From: an uncultured Bdellovibrio sp.
GTDB lineage: Bacteria > Bdellovibrionota > Bdellovibrionia > Bdellovibrionales > Bdellovibrionaceae
NCBI GenBank assembly: GCA_963932905.1
Contig: CAWVRN010000003.1
Span: forward strand, 32,001 to 96,000
DNA length: 64,000 bases
Reading direction: 5' to 3'
The position numbers and the translations under genes are program-made. Numbering within the stretch: the stretch's first letter is position 1; each line of letters starts with the position of its first letter. Below the pieces are notes generated by a model. It saw nothing but the letters and a program-made list of their open reading frames with translations. It made no database searches and was not told the DNA's origin. Of this stretch, positions 1 to 9,000 are shown one piece after another.

Positions 1-12
1 TTAGCTCCAAAT

Positions 13-651
13 TTGGGGGTTTTTGACCTCGGCCAATCTTTGCTAAATAGTAAAGTATCATTTGAAGCGGAATCTAGATTAAGCTTTCAAGCCGGAAAAT
101 ACCGCGAGTCACTTGAACTGGTTAAAAAGTGGCTAAAGTTTCAACCATTCAGTTCTCGACCAGCTATTATGGGATCATATATAGCTTCCGTTGCTCTAGG
201 TGATTTCGAGGAAGGAATTAACATTGCGAAAATTGGGCTTCTCACATCTCCTCATGAATTTATGCTTTTAAACAACTTAGCATTCTCGCTCATATCATTG
301 GATCGGTTGCCAGAGGCCGAAGAAGTTTTAAATCGTATGCCCTCAACGATTCAGATCAAGGCCGAGTCAGCAGTCTTTCTTGCTACCCAGGGAGCTTTTG
401 AATTCCGAAGCAATCGTATAGAACGCGGAAGAGAACTTTATCAAGAATCTATTTCTATATTTACGGAGCTTAAAGATGAAGTTTCGAAAGCTTTGGCAAC
501 GTATTTTTGGAAAAGAGAAGAGAGTCGAGTCAAAGATGATAGTTGGATTGATAAAGTAAATTACGAGCTCAATCAGCTTCTAAAAAAGACCGGATTGGAC
601 GAAGTAAAGTTATTCGTAAATGAAAATGAGAAAAAACCGCAATCAGAATAG
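13..651 (+). CDS. TPR-repeat protein, C-terminal part (probably begins before the window)
   Basis: Helical TPR-like repeats (e.g. LLNNLAFSLISLDRLPEAEEVL); ORF starts at the window edge. Confidence 0.65.
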   Translation: MGVFDLGQSLLNSKVSFEAESRLSFQAGKYRESLELVKKWLKFQPFSSRPAIMGSYIASVALGDFEEGINIAKIGLLTSPHEFMLLNNLAFSLISLDRLPEAEEVLNRMPSTIQIKAESAVFLATQGAFEFRSNRIERGRELYQESISIFTELKDEVSKALATYFWKREESRVKDDSWIDKVNYELNQLLKKTGLDEVKLFVNENEKKPQSE

Positions 652-685
652 TACGTAAGTGAATGCGGCTAAACCTTCGGGACGA

Positions 686-856
686 TTATTTATTTACCAA
701 CATGTTGTTTAATTCTTTAAAAGACACCCCTCCCTTTTTATGGGCGCGCACTGCCTCTTTACCAATTGAGTTTTTGGCCTCCATCAATGTGCCTGTTGCC
801 AGGCAGGCTATTGCAATCCAAATAATAGCTTTAATAAACTTAATCGGTCCAGACAT
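686..856 (-). CDS. Small single-TM/secreted hypothetical protein (56 aa, MSGPIKFIK...)
   Basis: ATG at 856 preceded by AAGGAGA; hydrophobic N-terminal helix. Internal start within the track ORF 686..985. Confidence 0.55.
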   Translation of the reverse strand: MSGPIKFIKAIIWIAIACLATGTLMEAKNSIGKEAVRAHKKGGVSFKELNNMLVNK

Positions 857-904
857 GTATTCTCCTTTTTTACTAGAAAAATAGCTGTGTGAGCGGCTTT
901 TGGG

Positions 905-937
905 TTGGTAGCAAATTGGTAGCAAAAAAGTAGCAAA
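905..937. repeat. Tandem 11-bp repeats TTGGTAGCAAA x2 plus AAAGTAGCAAA (integrase arm-type-like)
   Basis: Read directly; lies ~125-155 bp from the tRNA fragment. Confidence 0.7.
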
Positions 938-1060
938 GCGATGAAATTTGGCGACGTTTCTTGATATTTCAGAGTCGATTAGCAAAAACCAATTCTCGTG
1001 TTTTTAAGTACTTAGAACATTTTCATTTTTTTAATTTTCTGGATTTCTTCGAAAGAAGAA

Positions 1061-1112
<52 letters not shown>

Positions 1113-1464
1113 GCTTACCATCTTAAAGGCATAGGTCGGCCAAGGGGTGCCAGCGGAAAAGCTGACCCCGTGAGACGCTAAAAATTTTGGATTTGAATGA
1201 GCCTGTCGGCCCGATAAATGTCGCAAACGTGGATCTTTTAGACCCAGGCGAACGCTCGAAATTTTTTTTGATGTGATGTGGCGGGAGAGGGAATGTAACG
1301 CAGGCTGTCTTCACGATTAGCGTGAGAACGGCGATTTTTCCTATGACTTTTTCATCGGCTAGCCCATTCATCGGGCATCGGAGAGAGCCTTGAACTCCCA
1401 GGTGTGCCTGTCACACCGATGCGTATATCGCTATATTACGAACACGGAAAATTATGTTGGAGCG

Positions 1465-1734
1465 TTAGCCCCAATCAAAATCACCATCGTTCGCTTTCTT
1501 AATGAGTTCGTCGATGTCGACATAACGATTTCTATCCGCTGATGGATGAATGAGAGCGTAGTCTCTTAGAATTTTTCTTAGAGCACGTTTATTCCGGCAA
1601 TCATTTCGGCGTCCTGGAATAAAGTTTCTCTTAATGAACTCCTGAACAACATCAACGATAATTCGGTTCAGGATTTTTCTTAATGCTTCGTTCTCTGCTT
1701 TGGCTTTTAGGTAGGTTCTCTTTTTTACGAACAT
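1465..1734 (-). CDS. Small basic hypothetical protein
   Basis: 89-aa ORF starting 1 bp after the upstream gene's stop, with GAGG upstream. Confidence 0.5.
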   Translation of the reverse strand: MFVKKRTYLKAKAENEALRKILNRIIVDVVQEFIKRNFIPGRRNDCRNKRALRKILRDYALIHPSADRNRYVDIDELIKKANDGDFDWG

Positions 1735-1735
1735 T

Positions 1736-2071
1736 TTACGCCTCGACTTTCAGAGTCGGCAAAATCTCTTCAAGACTCGTGAAGTACTCGATGAATAGTT
1801 CGTCAGCCTCTGCGTAGAACTTCAAAGCGTAGGCTTTGCTTTTTTCCAGGTTATTCAAGTCGAAGTAATACCGAATCACCCGACATAGAGTTTCAAGATA
1901 TTCTGCCAAGACTTCTTGGTGAACCTCCTTCGGCATTCCAATATCGCTGAGGTGAAGATTGTCGGCTTTATCGAAACCGCAAGCGACGAAGAGACACTCA
2001 TGCTTCTCCACCATCCTGGTAATGGCATTTAAGTCGGACTGAATTCTCGAACTGGATTTCTGTTGCCCCAT
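1736..2071 (-). CDS. Hypothetical protein
   Basis: 111-aa ORF with AAGGA RBS and a sigma70-like promoter upstream. Confidence 0.55.
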   Translation of the reverse strand: MGQQKSSSRIQSDLNAITRMVEKHECLFVACGFDKADNLHLSDIGMPKEVHQEVLAEYLETLCRVIRYYFDLNNLEKSKAYALKFYAEADELFIEYFTSLEEILPTLKVEA

Positions 2072-2197
2072 AAATTTCCTTTCTTCTTTGGTTAAGAAGG
2101 AAATTTTCTAATCACCATGGGATGTGATTGAGGCACCCTTTTGTTTGAAGCGGAAAAAGGTAAGGTTCATTTCCAACCGCTTTATTCGTATAAGAAC

Positions 2198-2226
2198 AAT
2201 ATATCATTTTCCGTGCCACTCGTCAA
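2198..2226 (-). promoter_or_regulatory. Sigma70-type promoter TTGACG-N17-TATATT (extended -10 TG)
   Basis: Near-consensus boxes with 17-bp spacer, upstream of 1736..2071. Confidence 0.6.
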
Positions 2227-2255
2227 GTCAAAAGGCTAGTGATTACAGCTATTTA

Positions 2256-2272
2256 TGTCTCATTTTGAGACA
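2256..2272. promoter_or_regulatory. Palindromic operator-like site TGTCTCA-TTT-TGAGACA
   Basis: Perfect 7-3-7 dyad; degenerate copy AGTCTCATTTTTAGATA at 2986-3002. Confidence 0.5.
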
Positions 2273-2570
2273 GCCTACATGTGGCTTAGAACAGCCTTTT
2301 AACTCCGATTTAGTTTAACAAAATCGAACTAATGCCGGAGGCAAGCCGTAGCCCGCAGAGGCGAAGGCGAAGTCTTCGGTCATCCCGTAGTTCTATTAGG
2401 GATGACTTATTAAAGTTAGCCCCAGAAATTCAGAAAATACGCGATATACGCCGTATTTAAATTTTCTTTCGAAAAATCTCAGATTTCCCAAAATTTCTCC
2501 TATTTAAAAAAAGTGAAGTCGTTGGTGGTCAACGAACTCACTTAATCAAACAGCCTTCGGGCAAGGAGAA

Positions 2571-2813
2571 ATGAATATGAAACAGTTTATCTTAGCAAAG
2601 GTCCATTCGTGTTCTGCGAACTTGGAACCAAAAGATTTGGAGAAAGGGCTGACCCACATTGTGGTCATCGAAGCAACGAAGCGAATCGCTGATGTTGTGG
2701 TGCCAGATTTTTTGAAATGTAAAAGCCTGACTAAGCTTGAACCGGGAGAAACGCTTTTAGAGGTAGAGATGTTTAACATCGCACCTCCTGGCGGCGGTAA
2801 GTTACCACAGTAA
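2571..2813 (+). CDS. Small beta-rich hypothetical protein (possibly truncated)
   Basis: AAGGAGA RBS before the ATG; 80 aa. Confidence 0.45.
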   Translation: MNMKQFILAKVHSCSANLEPKDLEKGLTHIVVIEATKRIADVVVPDFLKCKSLTKLEPGETLLEVEMFNIAPPGGGKLPQ

Positions 2814-3082
2814 TTGGAGAATCAAGCTTTCCTGGAAAGGGATCTTTTTGAAGAAATCTACCTGAGCTTGAGTTCAATGATTCAACTAAATCAAGTGTAT
2901 TATTATGATAATTTTTATACTAGTGTTTGTAAAGCATATTAGATTATAAAGTACTCTAATTTAACCAATCGCCTTCTTGTTGGACAGTCTCATTTTTAGA
3001 TACAATAAAAATTGTCTAGACTAAAGTTATTTAATTTATAGTCCGAGATTTTTAGCGAACCAATCTTAAGGGGAGCCATCTC

Positions 3083-6000
3083 ATGTATCGCTTAACGGCT
3101 ATCGCTATTCTATTGTTTGCTCAGTTCGTCCTTGCTCAAAACACCGCAGATCAGGTTGTGGTCTTTCCTGATAAGACCTACCGTGGCTCCTTCAAATCGG
3201 TCAATCAAGTTACCGAAACAATTAGCGTCACTTCAGACGCAATCAAAAATGACTTTATCATTAAGATGAAAAACGCCGACGGTCAGAATCACGAAAATGT
3301 CGTCTGCGCGGGCGGACTACTTCAAAAATGTTCCTGCGGTCTTAAGAACCTTGCTAATTTACTTTATCGCACTTTTTTCAGAGTTGAATATGCTGAAATC
3401 ACTTGGAACGGCAAAAAGGTCGTCGATGCGAATACGTTTAATAGAAACGTAGCCACTCTTTCTGTTTCTGTAAAACCGGAGCTAAGCAATTCGCTCGTGA
3501 TCAAATATAAAGGACTATTTACTTCGTATTTCTCACTTGGAATATATCGCCCGTCTTCACCGAAGGACACTACTGCGCCGACTATTTTGACCCAATTACG
3601 TAGTAATACGTTCACAAATCAAAAATCGGCGAATGTTGAAATTCAGGATATTTCCAATGTCACATCCACAGTTTCCATCAATGGGGCCGTAGTTAAATCG
3701 TCAACGGCAAAAAGTTTTACTTTCGATCTTGTTAACGGAAACAATAACATTGAAATCAAATCTCAAGATCAGTTTAACAACATAGCTTCGCCTGTTGTGA
3801 TTTCAAATGTAGTTTTGGATCAATCAAACCCAAGTATTTCTCTGTCATCGAGCGATCCGGTTTATGTTAACTCACTACCGAAAACTTTAGCTGCCCAGTT
3901 CATATCAAACGAGCCTTTGAAATCGCTTCTTGTGAATTCAAATCAGGTGTCGCTTAATGAGAGTGGAAAGATTGGCGTCTATAATTTTAGCATTTTGCAA
4001 TCTGGCGCCAATAGTGTCGCTGTTCAAGCGACAGATCTAGCGGGAAATGTATCAAATCAAAATTTATCGCTTTCGGTAATTCTCGACAACACCTCCCCTG
4101 CAATTTCTTTTGGAATAGCTGAGGGAACACTAACTAATCAAAGCTTAATCGTAATCCCCATCAAAATCACAGAGGCCAATGATGTTCACTCGATAATAAA
4201 AGTTAACGGCGTGGATGTACTCAGAACCGGCGCCAAGGAATTTGATTTCGAAGCTAGTCTTTTATTAGAAGGTGAAAATCAAGTTCAAGTTGAAAGTACC
4301 GATATCGCTGGAAACATTTCACAATCACTAATTTTGAAAATTATAAAAGATTCAACACAACCCGTTCTTTCAAATATCCAGCCCGCGAACAATCGCAGAA
4401 TTGATCGTCTTGTTTTTTCAGTTACAGGCCGTGCAAATGAAAAACTGGATCAAATAAATGTCAATGGTCTGGCGCTAACTTTAGATGCAAACAGAGTCAA
4501 CTTTTCGGGAACCTATGTGGCTGCTAAAAACGGTACAGAAGAACTTTTGTTTTCCGCAACTGATCTTGCTGGAAATAAAACCGAAATTAGAAATACTATT
4601 CAAATCGACAATCGTTTATTGATACCGGAACTTGTGTCTATTAGCCCTAGTCCAGATCGGCTGCATTTAAATATAATAGGCGCGGCAGGGAGCGTAAGAT
4701 CTGAAATCAGCGTGAGCGCCTCTAGTGGACTTTTGGGATTTTATTCTGATAGCACGACGTCAACTGTAGATGGCAGTTTTATTTTAAAATTACCTCCATT
4801 TTCGACTGCAACTTTAAAAGTTAAAGATCAGCAAAATAACGAGGAGACAACTCTAACTCTTTCTTACGAAATCGGCACTCGACTGTCCGGCATTATCAAA
4901 GACACGGACGGAAATCCACTTCCGGGAGCCACTATTAGAATTTCTTCTTATGACGGCAGTGTCCTATCAGATAGCTCTGGGGTATTTAGCATTGCTAGCC
5001 CGGCCACTGGTGATCAGACTCTAACTGTTGACGGTTCTACAATTGCGCAATCAGTTACCGGACCTAGTCGTAAATTTTCAACTACACAAATTCAAATTAA
5101 CATCGGACTAGGCCAAGAAAACGTTTTAGAGCGGCCAATTTATCTAGCACCGCTAATTCTTAATGGCAGCGAAACGACAATCATTGCTGGAGAAAGTGCG
5201 ACAGTAAAAAATCCCCTAGCGGCCGGAGTGCAATTAGATATTCCTGCCAATTCGACGGTTTTTCCAGGTGGAGGTAGCAGCGGCTCTATAAACATTGCAA
5301 GTATAGACGCGAACAAATCCACTGTTCCAGTTTTAGCAAATGTAGTTCCAGATAAAGTAATCGCATTAGAACCTTCTGGATTAAAATTCCAACAAAGAGT
5401 TCCAGTAACGTTGCCAAACGATAGCGATTTTCCTGCTGGCGTAGAGATGTTTATTCTCTCGATGGATAGCTCAAAAGGAATTTGGGAAGTCGACGGCATG
5501 GCTAAAGTTTCTGAAGACGGAAGGTCCATTGAAACCAAACCTGGGCAAGGAATTTCACATTTTAGCTTGATCTATGCCGCCCCAGCAAAACCGGTTTTAG
5601 CAGCGGTAGACAATCCTAAACAAGCAGGTATTGATATTTCTCAAGGCTCGTTGAGCAGTTCGTTCAGTTTACCTTCATGGAAATCTCTTGGCGTAAGCAT
5701 CGCTCCAAGCTTGATTTACAAAAGTAATTGGGCAAACCCTACAGCCTATGTTTCAAATTATATTGATGTTCCTCGACAGGAGTACACCGCATCCTACGCA
5801 GATTCAGGCTCCGTTTCGTCAATTGAAGCGATAAAGGGTCGATATTGCGACACCGTTTTAGGTGTCCCGGTGAAATGCTACAATACCTATGATGAATACG
5901 TTTTGAGTGTAGAGTATAAAAACACTGCCGAAGTTTCGACTTGGTATCAACCAGATTCTATTAAGTCCCAGTTTTTTATTGGCGACCTGGCCTCAAACAT

Positions 6001-9000
6001 TATCGAGTATATCGACAATTCAACGCCGAACTATGAAAATACGGGTTCATCAAATATTCCAGGATCACTTTTTGCTGGCGGTTTTGGCTCCAACATTACA
6101 AACTACACAGGCATTCCCAATCGATCCATGATTTCCTATGCCGTCCCATTGAAATATTCAACTACGGGCGAGTATCTGCCTTCTGGGGTTTACCCGTCAC
6201 TTGCTAGATACGAATTGAAAATAAAAAACCTTACGATTCGTTCATCTACTGAATACGAAGCGTACTCAGTGAAATTTGTTGATGACAAATTTAGAGAAGC
6301 AAATCAATCGAACGTAATATTGACAAATAAATCGACTACGACAAAGTCGTCGCAAGTTCTAGATCAAATATTTCCTTCCGACGTTTTGGCTCCGTTGTTA
6401 GTGCAAAATAAAGTCAAATCACCTGCCGGACGTGGTTGGCATCTTGGACTTACGCAAAATATTCTAAATCCAGGCGGAAATCGTGTTCTAGTTGAAGAAG
6501 CGAGCGGAGAGCTATCAACTTATTCCGTCAGCAATACAATCTCTACCATTTATAACTCATCCACGACAGGCGTAGATACAAAATCAGCAATAGATTTTTC
6601 TCAGTGGCCAAAAGCAGTGGCGCTCTACCGTAACTCTTCAAAGGAAAACTATTTTGTTGAACTCGATCTATCAAGTTCTTCGCCGATCTTATCAACTTTA
6701 GAGAAAATTGAACAGTACTCTGGGTACTTTACCTATAGTCCATATTATACTGGGGCATGTAGTGCTGATCCTAGCTCTTCAAGTCCAATAAGCGATGTAA
6801 CCTATAGCTATAAAACTCAAAATGACCCAACATCCATAATTAGATTTCAAAATGGCGCGATATATGCCGTTAGTCAGCGAGATCATTCGCTTTACCAAAT
6901 CCAAAGCGGAGTTAATACCTATCTAATTGAAAATAGAACTGCGGCATTGCCGACAAATAGCGCTAAAACAGTGGCGCAGATTGAAAGTGAATGTCTTTCT
7001 ATATCGGGTCAGCCTTGTGATACTAGAGTCAAGAGAACGTACTCATGTGCAAATCCTGATGATACAGAATTTCCTTTCCGATCAATTAGCTTTTATAGAC
7101 CACAGCAGGCTATCACCCAAGGTATACCTGGTTCAGTACGCGGAGAATTCACAAATGCATTTGCAAGTACTCTAGCCCAAGCCGATCTTAACAATCCACA
7201 AGGTATGGTCGTATCTCCAGATGGCTTTTTAGTTATTGCCGACTCTGGTAACAATATGGTTCGTAAAGTCGATCTGACAAACAACCAAATTTCGACCATT
7301 GCGGGTGATGGCTCTAATATCGATCAGATAAACGAGGATTCCCCACTCGTATCGGGAATATTCCACCCACAAAGTGTCGTGTATGACCTTAACAAAAATT
7401 TATACATACTAACTGAAAATGGTTATATCCGCAAAATCAACTCGCAAGGAAAAATTTCGAGCTTTGCCGGCTTACCGCTTTCTCAAGGCGGCGTGCGATC
7501 AGATCAAGCCCCGATGCAGCAGATGGCATTCAATCACCCTCACGGAATGGTGTTTGATAATGTAAATCAGTATCTTTACGTGGCCGACACGGACAATCAT
7601 CGAGTGGTGCGAATTGATCTAAAGACCCAAATGGCTACTAACGTTGCCGGTGGAACGTGCATAGATTCTGAGGTATCCGATAACGGCCCAGCTCTAGGTA
7701 CGTCATTATGTAGTCCAAAATATATTGGTTTAGATTCTAACCAAAATCTTATTATCGTCGATTCAGGGCACAATCGAATCAGAAAAGTAAATTTTAATTT
7801 CTCAACCACTGGAGCACTTGCATTTTTACCTTCAGCGAAGGACGGTTCAAATTTATATAGATACAATGACGGCTCATGGTCTCGCACCTTAAGAAATGGG
7901 ACTATAACTTATTTTAATATCGACGGCCAAGAAATTAAGACGATCGACAGGGTCGGAAACGCAATAAGCTATGAGTACAATAGCCAGAAAAAGCTAACTA
8001 AAATTACGGATGCGGTAAATCAAGTTACGGTACTAAATTACTCAGGTGATTTGCTCTCATCAATCACTGACCCAGCTGGTCGAACTACGTCTTTTAACGT
8101 CAGTTCTGGAAAATTAACCTCCGTTACTTTTCCAGACTCTTCAGTCAAGTCCTTTGAATACGATGACAACGGTCTTATGACAAAAGAAACCAATCAAAAT
8201 GGATTCTCTAAAAAATATGCATATAACCAGTTTAATCGGTTGGCATCGGTTACTGATGAGCAAAATCAGGTAACAGAAGTAAACGATGTTCTTTCAAGCT
8301 CAATGTCAAATAACTATACTGGTGGAAATGTAGGACAACTTAATAATCAAGGTTCAGGAGCTTCTCAGCTTCACGATAGAGTGGTCGACGCAAAAAGTAT
8401 CGAAACTGAAATCACCAAAGATTTCAACGGCCTTATAACAAAAATAAAAGATGGAAAAGGGCAAATTACATCAATTGAACGAGATATCGAAGGATACACA
8501 AAGAAAGTAGTATTCCCGGATTTATCAGAAGTGACTTTAGAATATGATCCAGCAACCAAAGATCTTCTTAAAACGACCGATACTGGAACGGGAATTAGCA
8601 AGTCTCGTTTATTCAATTCGTTTGGACAAATAGTTTCTATAACTGATGGAAGAGGTTTTACTCAAACTAGACAATACGATCCAAGCACAGGTTTGTTGAC
8701 CCAAGAAACACTACCTAGTTCGCAAATTTTTAAATATACGTACACGAACAGTGGACAGCTCGCTTCAACTACCAAAGCCCCCATCGTCGGTGTCAATAAC
8801 ATCACTCTTTTTGAATATGATTCATTTGGAAATAAATCTAGAACCATTTTTCCAGATGGCAGATCAGAATCGTATCTTTACGACAACGCAGGAAACATGA
8901 CCCAAAAACTATTGCAAATAAATGCGAGCGTACAGGAAATCACAAAATATCAATATGACAAATTTAACCGCATTGTGAAAGTGATCTCGCCGAAAAATGA

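Noticed and set aside
663..884. Plus-strand 73-aa ORF
   Set aside because: Overlaps the minus-strand ORF 686..856, which has a clear RBS and TM helix.
1144..1180. c-di-GMP riboswitch-like hairpin (GAAA loop, GACGC)
   Set aside because: Lacks the GGCAAAC/GCAAAG consensus elements and a second stem.
1409..1415. Extra TGTCACA hits (also 53314-53320)
   Set aside because: No TCGTAT at the right spacing; the second hit is inside copA.
3364..8847. Short antisense or alternate-frame ORFs inside the Rhs gene (and similarly within the T4SS, RND and ATPase genes)
   Set aside because: Shadow ORFs overlapping well-supported genes, with no motifs.
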